Shown: positions 40,786 to 51,795, counted from the whole stretch's first letter. The stretch: 56,262 nt of DNA, filler included, from an uncultured virus (IMG/VR IMGVR_UViG_2502082094_000002) (10 parts of one record of this genome joined end to end with filler, not necessarily neighbours in it), one strand, 5' to 3'. The notes: generated by a model not told the origin, from the sequence alone. Numbers and translations: made by a program.

Positions 40786-42224
40786 ATGAGCAGAGGCTAC
40801 GTCTTACACCACAGACACTTACGTCACTCAGACCATGCCGCTCTTGCAGAAGCTACGCACAACCACACCGAAGTTGTGCCCATCTTCGTTTTCGACCCAA
40901 CATTCTACGAGCAAGACGGACTTGCCTGTGACAGCAGACTCAGATTCTTACACGAATGCTTGCGAGATATTCCTGTCACACTGTATCACGGCAATCCGGT
41001 CAATGCAGTCAAACACCTCTCCGGTGACGTATACACAATTCATACTGCAACTGGTCGCTACGGTGTCGAGAGGAACGAGAAACTGCATCAAGAAGGTGTA
41101 AACTTCGTACAAGGCGATGGACTACGCCGTGTCGAAAACACCCGTGACGGCTGGAGTGACGCTATTCAAGACTACCTGTACGGAGAGCCGTACACTCACG
41201 ATAGCAGTGCTATTACAACTCTCGATAGTGATGTCTCAATCGAGTGGATTGAAGACGAGTACGATATCGAGCCTGCAAAAAACGTGTCCCAACTGGTGGC
41301 AGACAAGCAGCACTCAAACAACTACATGACTTTGCCGACTCACCTGAATACTGGGGATACGTGTCTGAGCCGACCAGAGAGCACGGACTGAGCAAACTTG
41401 GTCCCTACCTTCGATTCGGATGCCTATCCATCAGAGAAGCATTTCAATACTTACAGGAACATCTCGACGGACAGGACAAAAATGCAATCACCTCACGATT
41501 GCACTGGAACTTACACTATCAACAAAAATTGCTCGACTGGGCAGGGTGGATGGACAAAGCAGTGAATCCTGCTCTGAGAGACATGGGTACATTCGACCAA
41601 GAAAAGTGGGACCGATTCAAAGAAGGTGAGACAGGATACCCGATGGTCGATGCTGCTGTCAGACAACTGAAAGGAACCGGATGGTGCAACTTTCGCAATC
41701 GTGCCATGCTTGCCTCCTTTCACAGCAACTTGCTAGAGCTACCGTGGACGATTGGAGCCAACTGGATGTACTATCACCTTATCGACGCAGACCCTGCCAT
41801 CAACTACACACAATGGCAATCACAGACCTCACGTGTGGGTACGAATCTATACAGGATATACAACCCTCGTAAACAAGTTCGGGACAGAGACGAGGCAGCC
41901 GACTTCATTCGAGAATGGATACCAGCATTACAGGAGTTACCAGAGAAGTATTTAGACCAGCCTGAGAAGACTCCTGTGGCGATTCAGAACAAGTGTGGGG
42001 TAATCATCGGAGAAGACTATCCCATGCCTCTTGTCGAGTATGAGGCGGCTCTCAGTCGAGTCAAGCGAGAACTCGAACAACGAGAAGCAGATGCAAAAGA
42101 AGCACTGCAACAAGATGCTGTCAGAGAACGAGCCTCACTCTCAGCACGAAGCAGGCAATACGAGCCTGATATAGAAGCACTGGAGCAAGACTCAAAACAA
42201 CAATCTCTCTGTAACTTTTCGTAA
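40786..42224 (+). CDS. phr: Photolyase/cryptochrome family protein (frameshift at about 41277-41283)
   Basis: RHLRHSDHAAL, PIFVFDP, SKLGPYLRFGCLS, GETGYPMVDAA.RQL..TGW.NFR.R, LIDADPAIN..QWQ, RIYNP.KQ, DYP.P.VE. Confidence 0.92.
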
Positions 42225-42226
42225 GT

Positions 42227-42262
42227 CTTTTACCAATACATCTCCTACGTAATAACACGATG
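42227..42262 (+). promoter_or_regulatory. Repeated promoter motif (TTTTACCAATACATC..TAATAC(G/A)ATG family)
   Basis: Related copies at 45236, 45610, 46255, 47824, 52242(-), 53195, 54211(-), 55542. Confidence 0.7.
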
Positions 42263-42836
42263 AACGAAGAACAAGAAGAATCGATGGTAGAAATTGGAGC
42301 ATCAATTTTAAGAACATTGTCAGGAGCACTCGCAATCGCCTCAATATTAGTACTAGAAGGAATCATTGCAGGTGTGTTCCTTCACTACATGGCGACAGCC
42401 ATTTTTGTCGCAATTCTCGCAATCGAGCTACAGGTGTAAACATGACTGCTCACGAACAAACATTCCCCGGTCTTGTATACTCACTGTCATCAGTTCTGAT
42501 GCTCATACTTGCAGGAGCAACAGCACTACTGCAACCAGAATCAATCCAATCAGTGTACCTTATGCTCGTGTCAATACTGTTTGCACTGTGGTCAATCGGC
42601 GAACTATTACGCAAATGAAAGAATTTATACAGAAAAACTCAGATGAGTTATGGACATTTACAATACTAGGGACTGACTGTATAGTCGGAGTAATGGCTGC
42701 TGCGTCGATATGGAGCACATTTGTACCATTAGTAATTACCGGCTTTGTAATAACTGTTGTTCTACTAATAATACAGTTACGTGAGTACGAGAATGGGTTT
42801 GATTATGCAATGAAATTAGAGAGAGAAAGAAAATAG
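42260..42836 (+). CDS. Three small membrane proteins
   Basis: Hydrophobic ORFs starting near 42260, 42442 and 42615; allele at 53228-53700. Confidence 0.6.
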
Positions 42837-42889
42837 TATAGCAGACATTCGAAACCTTTTTGTGTGGACAAGTCCATTACATACATGTA

Positions 42890-43765
42890 ATGGCAAAATT
42901 AAAAGCAACTCTCGTAGTAATACTCGTCGTACTATTACTCGGGATTGGAGCAGTTGGAGCATCGTACAAACAAGTACCAGAAGGACATGTTGGTGTCGAG
43001 AAAGACTGGGGAGCAGTCAATGGCAACACTCTGAACAGTGGTGCAAACTGGATTATCCCAGTCCAACAATCTGTTCAAACAGTAGAAACGCGACCTCGAA
43101 CGTATACAATGACAGCAGACGAGAATGAAGGTGCTCGCTCTGATGCTGATGCAGTAACTGTGAAAACAGCAAATGGCTCAAGTGTCGGAGTCTCAATCAC
43201 AATTCGATATACAATTGACAAAGAGCAGGCAGACAAGTTCGTATCAGAATGGAATACAGAAGAACAAGTTGAGTCACGACTGCTGCGAAAAACGATAGAG
43301 ACTAATTTGCAGGATGAAGGGTCGAGCCTCACTACAACTGGTAGTGGCGCAATATATACCAGTGAAGGTCGTGAAGCACTCAAACAAACAACAGAAAAAG
43401 CACTCGAAGATGAAGTATCACAAGAGCCAATTAGCATCGAACGAGTCCAAATCCGTGACATCGACCTTCCACAAGAGATTGATAACACACTCGACCAGAA
43501 AGAACAAGCAAAACAACTCGTAGAAGTTAAGAAAGAAGAAGTGAAGCAGGCACAAGCAGAAAAAGAACGTAAGGTTGTCGAAGCAGAAGCAGAAGCTCGA
43601 CAGATTGAGATTGAGGGACAGGCACTTCGAGAGAATCCAATCGTCCTCGAACAACAGCGCATCGAAGCACTTGAGAATGGAAACACAATCTACGTTCCAA
43701 CAGAGAGTGGCGGAGTGACTCTTACAAAGGAGACGGCGAACGCCACAGCATCAGCACAGCCATAA
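42890..43765 (+). CDS. SPFH/prohibitin (band 7) family protein
   Basis: N-terminal TM, VPEGHVGV..WG, V.IRDIDLP, coiled-coil AEAEA tail. Confidence 0.92.
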   Translation: MAKLKATLVVILVVLLLGIGAVGASYKQVPEGHVGVEKDWGAVNGNTLNSGANWIIPVQQSVQTVETRPRTYTMTADENEGARSDADAVTVKTANGSSVGVSITIRYTIDKEQADKFVSEWNTEEQVESRLLRKTIETNLQDEGSSLTTTGSGAIYTSEGREALKQTTEKALEDEVSQEPISIERVQIRDIDLPQEIDNTLDQKEQAKQLVEVKKEEVKQAQAEKERKVVEAEAEARQIEIEGQALRENPIVLEQQRIEALENGNTIYVPTESGGVTLTKETANATASAQP

Positions 43766-44034
43766 ACTAACAACATAGGAGAAACAAATTATACAATCAT
43801 GGTAGTAAAATTAGGAATCGCAATCATCGCAATCGCAATCATCATATTCGGAGTTGCGGTTGTATCATTCATGTATTTCGAGAATAGAGCCTCTGAAGAA
43901 CATGAGAAAGAAATGTTCGAAAAGAAGCAACGAGAGAAGATAATCGAAGAAATAGACGAATAGCGACCTTCTTTTCGTTCTTTTTTCTTATACGTATCCG
44001 TAATTTTTATTATCGTTGACTTATTAGGTAAGAT

Positions 44035-44670
44035 ATGGACCGACGCACTTTTATCAAACATAGTGTAGGATGGGGTGGACTCGCAGGAATAGTTGGGTTC
44101 ACACTGTACAAACCACCACTGAACATCAACTTGTATTACTCAAGCAGTGTTCACACAGAAGAAGCAATCGAGAATATTAACATCCTGAAAGGTCATCTCC
44201 ATGAATTTTTTAGCACATACCTCGAACAACGTGCTGTGACAATCACTGTGAAAGGCTCTGTTAAGCCTGACGCTGCTCTCAAACAAGATAAGGTGACTGG
44301 GCTGGACTGGTGGCAGTACGACTATCACGACGATGCTGTGCCCGACTCTATTGATGCCTCACTCTTTGTTGCTGGCTCCAATGATATTGATTGGGATAAT
44401 GCACTCGGTCGAGCAACAATTAATGCTCCATACGCTATTTCATCAGGGCTTGAACATATCGACACAAACAGAAAGTACATCACACTTGCAGCACACGAGA
44501 TAGGTCACTGTCTCGGACTGAGACATACACACTATGAAAAGTGGATTGATGCAGAACCAAACGACAATCGAGACAGGTACACAGTTATGCACCCAAATGC
44601 TGACAAACAGGGACTCGCACTGAGCAGGAAATCAGAAACAAAACTCTCAAAAGTGAATAATTTATTATAA
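44035..44670 (+). CDS. Tat-signal zinc metalloprotease (metzincin)
   Basis: MDRRTFIK twin-arginine motif; HEIGHCLGLRH; Met-turn TVMHP. Confidence 0.85.
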   Translation: MDRRTFIKHSVGWGGLAGIVGFTLYKPPLNINLYYSSSVHTEEAIENINILKGHLHEFFSTYLEQRAVTITVKGSVKPDAALKQDKVTGLDWWQYDYHDDAVPDSIDASLFVAGSNDIDWDNALGRATINAPYAISSGLEHIDTNRKYITLAAHEIGHCLGLRHTHYEKWIDAEPNDNRDRYTVMHPNADKQGLALSRKSETKLSKVNNLL

Positions 44671-44885
44671 GACAATGAATACAAGTACCACAACAGATGT
44701 CATTATTGGTGTGATATTGGCTTTTGTAATGTTTGCGACAGCTATGATAACTAACACGATTCCACTTCTACTATTATCAGTTATCACAGCACTCGCATCA
44801 ATTCTTCATCTGTTTGCCATGCGAAAACTAGAAAAGTATAGCTAAAATCATAAGCCTTTTACAAGTATAGCTCTTTTGTATATAT

Positions 44886-45218
44886 GTGAAACAAGAAAAA
44901 GAAACGATTACTCAACATGGGACCATAGAGTACGAGGTTACTGAATGTATGTCGTGCGGTAATGAAGTAAAATTGGATGACGCAAACACGTGTGTTGTTG
45001 GGACATTGGATGAAGAAATGAGCCATATTTACACATTTTATAAAAAAGATGTCGTGAAAGGAAAATTGTGTCCATACTGTGCAAACTTGGACAACATACG
45101 ACTAAGCAATGTGAGTAATAAATCACCAGCAAAAGTGTCAAAAAACTTACTGGTAAAACTACTGTACATAATTCCAATATCAATAATCATAGCAGCACTA
45201 CTCGTAGTCTTAATCTAA
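44886..45218 (+). CDS. Zinc-finger protein with C-terminal TM
   Basis: CMSC..CPYC, hydrophobic tail. Confidence 0.65.
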   Translation: MKQEKETITQHGTIEYEVTECMSCGNEVKLDDANTCVVGTLDEEMSHIYTFYKKDVVKGKLCPYCANLDNIRLSNVSNKSPAKVSKNLLVKLLYIIPISIIIAALLVVLI

Positions 45219-45235
45219 AACAAGAAAGCAAAACC

Positions 45236-45285
45236 CTTTTACCAATGCATCCCCTTATTACTAATACGATGAACGAAACAGAAGA
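45236..45285 (+). promoter_or_regulatory. Promoter repeat including first codons (MNETE)
   Basis: About 50 bp nearly identical to 45610-45659. Confidence 0.8.
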
Positions 45286-45607
45286 ACTACCATCAATGCA
45301 AGAACTGATAGAAGAACACGACTGTGAATCTGGACAACCACCATTTTCAGTTGACAAAGGACAATGGAAAGCAATATGTGGTCCAAGCGTAAATGGAGTG
45401 CGTGCGGGTGGCTCACCATTCGAGTTTGTTGTCGTCGGAGATGCACCGCCAAGAGATGAAGTCGGTGAAGTGATTCGTGAAGAATTTAACAACGCTATGG
45501 ACGACGTGTTTGATGCAATCGAGAACGAGAGTTTCATCACAGATAACGGTGAACATATAGATATCGGGTCGGAAGACATGACACTCGAACCAGAAGCACA
45601 ATCATAA
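45269..45607 (+). CDS. Hypothetical acidic protein
   Basis: Leaderless ATG at the end of the promoter repeat. Confidence 0.7.
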   Translation: MNETEELPSMQELIEEHDCESGQPPFSVDKGQWKAICGPSVNGVRAGGSPFEFVVVGDAPPRDEVGEVIREEFNNAMDDVFDAIENESFITDNGEHIDIGSEDMTLEPEAQS

Positions 45608-45642
45608 GCCTTTTACCAATACATCCCCTTGTTACTAATACG

Positions 45643-45900
45643 ATGAACGAAACAGAAGACACTATAACAGAAGAAGTTGCGAGCGGAACCATCAACAATA
45701 CAGAGTACCGAATCATCCGAACAGATGATGACAAATACACGGGCAATACCTACGCCTACGAGTTTGTCGCCTTCATTGACGGAGAGTACGTCGCCACAGC
45801 AAGCGACCTCGAACGAAAAGATGCACACTTTAGCCGACCGTGGATTAAGTCACTCACACAATACGTGACTGCATTTATCGACGGACAAAGCAACAGATAA
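45643..45900 (+). CDS. Hypothetical protein
   Basis: Leaderless ATG at the end of the promoter repeat. Confidence 0.7.
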   Translation: MNETEDTITEEVASGTINNTEYRIIRTDDDKYTGNTYAYEFVAFIDGEYVATASDLERKDAHFSRPWIKSLTQYVTAFIDGQSNR

Positions 45901-46714
45901 ACTAATAAGAAAAAATAACAACACCTGTAGTAAAATATTCATGACAGTACTCAAACAAATCACGATTGACTTTGACAATCCAGCACTCGAACAATACGTA
46001 CAGAACCTTGCGCAATACCACCTCGAAGACAGTCCAGTCCGATACGCTTCAAAGATGGCTGTCCAATCCAACTCTCAGTAATGGAAGCACGTGAAGCGAG
46101 AGAAGCATTCAAAAAACATCAACCATCGAGCAAGGCTGAACATATGTATCTCTCAAAGATTCTGACAATATTTGAGCAAGAAATTCACCAAGCAGCAGTC
46201 AAATCGCCTAACGAAATGGATACCGAACCAGCAATCGGAGAATAGACCAAAACACTTTTACCAATACGTCCCCTTGTTACTAATACGATGACAGACGAAA
46301 TTCCAAACAAAAGCAAGCATCAGTTTATCACTACAAACGAATTAGAAGAGTCTACGACGAATCAGACGAGAATGAAATGAGCAGTACAAGAAATATGAAA
46401 GAAGTAACTATGACTGACCCAACACGAGTGCACGAAGACGAAGTGAAACTCGAACAAAACGGTCGATAGTACATCGTCCGAACAATTGTCACATTCGATG
46501 TTGACAATAGTGAGCACAATATCAAGAGCACACTGTATTCAGATGGTCAAAAGAAGCGTCTTATTCACGAATATAATGCAACAGTCTCGTCAAACTCGAC
46601 AGTCGAGCTAGAGTATTACGTTGAACAGACTGCAAAAGAATGCTTCAGACGAATGCACGAACTCGAACAAGCAAAGACAACAGACATCTCGTTCGACTTA
46701 GAGGAACTAACAGA

Positions 46715-47761
46715 ATGATTGAAAACAATGTAGGCATGGAAATAGATGTATCGACTACACTAAATGGAAGAAAACACTATCCAAAAGAAATATTTCGCCG
46801 TCGTATCGAAGTAGAGATTGAGTCAAAAAATAACGACAACAAAAATTTATATACAATTTACAACAGTGTCGAATACGATATCGAAACAGATACATACACG
46901 TGCATCGCGCAAGTAAGAAAACTAAGCACTGTCTTATACGAGTTAGAGGCAACGACTGACCAAGACTTTATCAGCACGCGACTCGAATCATACACTGATA
47001 CCTGCTTCGAAAAGATTAAACAGTTCGAAGAAAAACAGCAGTTTATCCCAGTACCAGAGCCTCCGCAACAAGGACTTACACAAATTTACACAGGAAAAGA
47101 GACAGACACAAAAACAGACAATTTAGATGATGTGTATGCTGAAGAAATATTAGGTGACATTGATTCAGATGATATCAAAAATACCATTCCAGCACAGGAT
47201 GATGAAGATAAAGATATCGACGTGAAAGAAGCACGAGAACAAATTACAAGAGATGAACCTGCCAAAACGGTGGGTCATATACCACATGAAATGAGACATG
47301 AAGACAGACATCAACAGAATACAGCAGCCGAGCAACTTGCTCAATCAATGCTCCACAATATCGAACATTTTCCAGAAGATGACAATATAACAATTGATGG
47401 AGCGAAAGATATTATTCGACAAACATNNNNNNNNNNNNNNNNNNNNNNNNNNNNNNNNNNNNNNNNNNNNTTAATTAATTAANNNNNNNNNNNNNNNNNN
47501 NNNNNNNNNNNNNNNNNNNNNNNNNNAATTACAAGAGATGAACCTGCCAAAACGGTGGGTCATATACCACATGAAATAAGACATGAAGACCGACCTCAAC
47601 AGAATACAGCAGCCGAGCAACTTGCTCAAGCAATGCTCCAAAACATTGATTCACGTGTTTCTCCAAAGATAAGTGAAACTGACAGAATCACTGTCGATGG
47701 AGCGAAAGATATTATTCGACAAACATTCAGGTCAGAGTTAGGCTACGACTTAGACCACTGA
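46715..47761 (+). CDS. Hypothetical acidic protein (two overlapping variant contig ends)
   Basis: 46715-47426 and 47527-47761 overlap in sequence; allele at 54843-55493. Confidence 0.7.
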
Positions 47762-48234
47762 TTCAAACGCAATCGAGGCTTAACTCATACGCCGTCGAGG
47801 CTGTTGTTGGAGCAAAGCGACAACTTTTTATGAATAGCAGCCCTTGTTACTAATACGAGGAAGAAACATAATGACAAAACAAGAAGCACGAAAATACGCA
47901 GCAGTAATGATAGCCATATCAATATCTGGACTGGTGGTCATCTTTGCACCACTCGGGATACTACCACTCATGGGTATCATAGCATCATACGCATTACTAC
48001 TACTCTTTTTACAAGCGGTGGTGAAATATGATAGATTCAAAAACAGCACAATACATTCTTGGTCTTGCAGTGCTCGTACAAACAGCACTCATCGCTATCT
48101 TCGCCCCACTCGGGGCAGGTGGGGCTTTCGCTGCTGTGATTGTCTACACAATCATGTTTGCAGCATTTTTCTTCATCACTCGACCAACAACAGGATTTTA
48201 CAAATAATAATAGAATAATAACATAGCACAAATC

Positions 48235-48636
48235 ATGACAATAAGTGACACACCTCCAGAGTGGACGACCGTAACTGTACAGACACCAGCAAACGAACAT
48301 TACCACAGAACAGAGTACGAAGTGTGGGGACAACCAGAAATGGACCAACCGATTCCAGAAATCACAGGACGAATAATGATAGAATCAGGTATCCACGACC
48401 CATACGAAATCGAAGAAATTACAATCATTGCTTGTCACAGTGGGCAAGGTGTCGCCACACTCGCATACAGTGACTGGGACGATGCAGTGAACTGTCGATA
48501 CAACGAGGCAACAGACCAACTCATGACATATCACATGGACGATATGAAACGAGTCGTGTATGATGAAAACATCTTTGAAGCACGTGATGTGCCAACATGG
48601 TTCGAGATTGGAGGACAATGGGACCACTTGTGGTAA
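48235..48636 (+). CDS. Hypothetical protein
   Basis: Conserved allele from 55952. Confidence 0.75.
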   Translation: MTISDTPPEWTTVTVQTPANEHYHRTEYEVWGQPEMDQPIPEITGRIMIESGIHDPYEIEEITIIACHSGQGVATLAYSDWDDAVNCRYNEATDQLMTYHMDDMKRVVYDENIFEARDVPTWFEIGGQWDHLW

Positions 48637-48970
48637 ACCTNNNNNNNNNNNNNNNNNNNNCCGACAGAAGACTCTGCTGCAAACTCTGTCACGGCTCTGT
48701 CAACGGTGTTGGACTCATGCCACCATATCCGTCAAACTGTTTGTAGAAGTATACGATAGTCGAATGTGGGTCAGGTGTTGCAGACTCGTCTGAGGTCTTG
48801 TCCAAATGATACTCGTCATACATCTGTCCAATGCCTACAACAAGTACCTCTCCATACCGTTCATGCTCGTAAATCATGTCTGTCACGATTGTGTCAAGTG
48901 TTTCTGTCATTGTATTCGTGTGCTCCTTTGTTTTGAGTATTGCAATAATGGAGAAGGTCTGTGGCAAACA

Positions 48971-49060
48971 AATAGTAAAATCCTCCCCCTAAGAGGGAAG
49001 CCCATACCTTGTTCACCACATCTCTCCTGTCTAATGCTATAGTACTCTAGCCACTTAAAT
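48971..49060 (-). promoter_or_regulatory. Dispersed TATA + G-rich + hairpin element, copy B
   Basis: TTAAGTGGCTAGAGTACTATAGCATTAGACAGG...CCCTCTTAGGGGGAGGATTTTACTATT. Confidence 0.75.
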
Positions 49061-49234
49061 CTTTAGACTGTATAGTACAATAATCGGCCACAACAGTGCA
49101 CCAATGATTACACCATAGTATGCATGTTTGTCAACACCATCTGCTGTCGTGTCAACAATAACTGTTCCGAATAAAAAAGTACCGACCGTACCGACAATGT
49201 AAAAGAGTAATGCCTCAATCACTGCTGTCCGTAT

Positions 49235-49789
49235 CTATACGTTCCAGTTGTTTCCGTTATACTTTCCACCGATATCCTCAATTTCTCGTTTCTGATTAGT
49301 CTTATACTTGTCCTGTGTGCTACCAGATGGCGTCTGAATAGATGTTGTGGTCCCAACCTGTTCACAATCATGTCGTTTGCAGATATTCTCCCAACGGTCA
49401 TTCCTCGTCTCCTCAAACGGATTTGTACTGTCTCCGACGAGTGGCTGGTCAGCATACTGTTGGACATTCCACTCGACCCACGAATGTGTTGGAATCATTG
49501 CCTCACCTGTTGCCCACGTGTGCTCAATATCAGGATGGTCTGGCAACCACTTGACCAACACTGACTCATCAGGCATCTCCTGAGTTGCAGGTGGTAGCTC
49601 TGCCTCATCGTCGCCATCAGGGTCTGTGACGAGTTCTTTCGTCACTGATTCTTGTCTAAAGTGAGTCCTATCTTTCCCATCATCTTCGTCACTGCTATTA
49701 TCAGGTTCATCTTCCTGTATCGTTTCCGGTTTGAGCCTGTCGAGTCGTTCCCACGGAACCATGACACCCATTGTCTCAATGACAAGCAC
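49235..49789 (-). CDS. Hypothetical acidic protein (5' end uncertain)
   Basis: Long acidic ORF. Confidence 0.65.
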   Translation of the reverse strand: MLVIETMGVMVPWERLDRLKPETIQEDEPDNSSDEDDGKDRTHFRQESVTKELVTDPDGDDEAELPPATQEMPDESVLVKWLPDHPDIEHTWATGEAMIPTHSWVEWNVQQYADQPLVGDSTNPFEETRNDRWENICKRHDCEQVGTTTSIQTPSGSTQDKYKTNQKREIEDIGGKYNGNNWNV

Positions 49790-49896
49790 TGGGTCGCCAG
49801 ATTCATGGACAGTCTCATTCCATTCGTCTTCAGTGTCATACTGCTCAGGAGATGCTACCTTCCACCAACAAGAAAANNNNNNNNNNNNNNNNNNNN

Positions 49897-50245
49897 ACCA
49901 CCCACGATATCATCATAATTGTCATCATTTTCGATGATTGTCATGTATTCTGCTAACTGTTCTTTACCCTTTGTTGAACCTGCTTTTAATTCTACAACAA
50001 TCTTATCACCATTTTCAGAAACAAGAAACATGTCTGGTCTCCGCCGACCGACAGGCGTTCCTTTGTACAAAATAGGAAGCGTGCCTTCGCTCACATGTGA
50101 TACATTCTGGTCTGACAACTCTCGTTCGAGAGCACTATGATATACTGTCTCTGTGAACCCACCTCCAAGCACTCCGTGTACTTGCTCTGAACAGGCAAGT
50201 AGTGTTCGTTTGAGTGACTGTCCTCCATTTTCTTTGTTTTGCATA
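49897..50245 (-). CDS. GxxExxY family protein (PD-(D/E)xK-like)
   Basis: LGGGFTETVYH, YKG..VG..RPD, VVELKA, QL..Y. Confidence 0.85.
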
Positions 50246-50284
50246 CGTATGATATACACTGAGCGCACTTAAAAGTTTCGACAG

Positions 50285-50915
50285 TTAGTATTTTGAATCA
50301 GGAATCAAATCCTGAAATACAGTGACTAATGCGATTCCTGCCGTGTGTGTGATGTACTCCTGTTCAGATTTTGTGAACATATTTATACTTGGTTCAGTAG
50401 TAAATTCATCAATCCTGTAATTTTTCTTTTCAAAACTGTGTGTTAGTGCTGCTGGATTCCGTGAATACGAACATCTTGTTTGCCAAATCCCAAACTGTCT
50501 TGTCTCATACGATATTCTAACTGAATACTCGTCTTTTCTGTATGACTCAAGTTTGTTGAACTCAACGTAGTTGCTCATTGTTTTCCTTAATTGAGTTTAC
50601 AACGTCTTCGTATATAAGTGTTAATGTTGAAATTGAGTACTTACGTATATCTCTTTTTACATTTTGTGGTATTACATCAACATTACCTAAACCAGAAAAA
50701 TGTGCATCCTTATTTATGTAAGTAACGTATACGTAAAGCTCTGAGTCGGATACATTGTAATCTACACGAGTTGTAATATTGACACTGTACCCTATCTTGA
50801 ACAGAATATCAATCATGTACTGGTCTGCATATGAATTTTCATTATAGTCACTTGGAGCATGTATAGACTTTATTGACACAAACTCTGTGATATCTCTATT
50901 CACTTGTGTTTCCAT
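50285..50915 (-). CDS. Two hypothetical proteins, possibly paralogous (50285-50578, 50562-50915)
   Basis: Overlapping AT-rich ORFs of similar layout. Confidence 0.55.
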
Positions 50916-51496
50916 ATTCTATATTACGTCTCCTCCCAGTTAATACTTTTCCTTCGCCACAACACTTTTCACGCACGCANNNNNNNNNNNNNNNNNNNNN
51001 NNNNNNNNNNNNNNNNNNNNNNNTTAATTAATTAANNNNNNNNNNNNNNNNNNNNNNNNNNNNNNNNNNNNNNNNNNNNGCGCAATAGATGTCACTCTAT
51101 GGAGCAAGTTGGAGCCGACGTGGGCATCATTCGGACAAAAGAAAGAGCTGTGCTGCAACGAGGTGTGTTGAGTGCTTTGTGACAGCAGCAGGAGTAGAGG
51201 TGTGCGGGCGAGCCTGCCAGCAGGGACTGTCACTGTCTACTCCTTCCATGAGGTATGATACCATGCCTGTGCCTACTCCTGCAACAAGAAGAGAGGGCGA
51301 GCCTGCCAGCAGGACAGGAGACAGCGATTGCCAGCAGGACAGCAGGAGTGTGCAGTGTGCAGTGTGCCTTGTGTGAGTTGGGTGTGGGTGTGGGTGTGCC
51401 TTGTAGGAGTCGGGACCGTGCCTGCCAGCAGGACAGCAGTGTTTGTGTGAGTGTCTGTGACAGTAACTGTGTATAAAAAGAGTCGTGCCTCGTAAC

Positions 51497-51586
51497 AATA
51501 GTACAAACCTCCGGCCAAGAGGGGTGCCCACTCCTCATCCCACTCCTTCTTCCCTGTCTAATGCTATTGTACTCTAGCCACTTAAA
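51497..51586 (-). promoter_or_regulatory. Dispersed TATA + G-rich + hairpin element, copy C
   Basis: TTAAGTGGCTAGAGTACAATAGCATTAGACAGGG...CCCCTCTTGGCCGGAGGTTTGTACTATT. Confidence 0.75.
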
Positions 51587-51598
51587 GGTTTTGGTTGG

Positions 51599-51795
51599 CC
51601 AATTCTCCGACTAGGCGATGAGAGCCAATTATTCGACAAGGCCAATTCTCCGACTGTGACTATGAAAAAATCCAATTCTCCGACTACAGTTTTTGGCCAA
51701 TTGTTCGACTAGGCCAATTCTCCGACTACGGTTTGAGGCCAATTGTTCGACTAGGCCAATTCTCCGACTATGGTTTGAGAGCCAATTCTCCGACT
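51599..51795. repeat. Array of nine 14-bp direct repeats CCAATT(CTC/GTT/ATT)CGAC(T)
   Basis: Starts at 51599, 51625, 51642, 51672, 51697, 51714, 51739, 51756, 51782. Confidence 0.92.

Noticed and set aside
43075..43686. Long antisense ORFs (e.g. 43075-43686, 25755-26327, 18052-18591)
   Set aside because: Shadow frames of well-supported genes on the opposite strand.
51089..51538. Overlapping Cys/His-rich ORFs
   Set aside because: Low-complexity products of repeats, lacking the acidic composition of real genes here.
51599..51795. CRISPR or mini-CRISPR array
   Set aside because: Repeats are 14 bp, spacers are 3-16 bp and resemble each other, and no cas genes are present.
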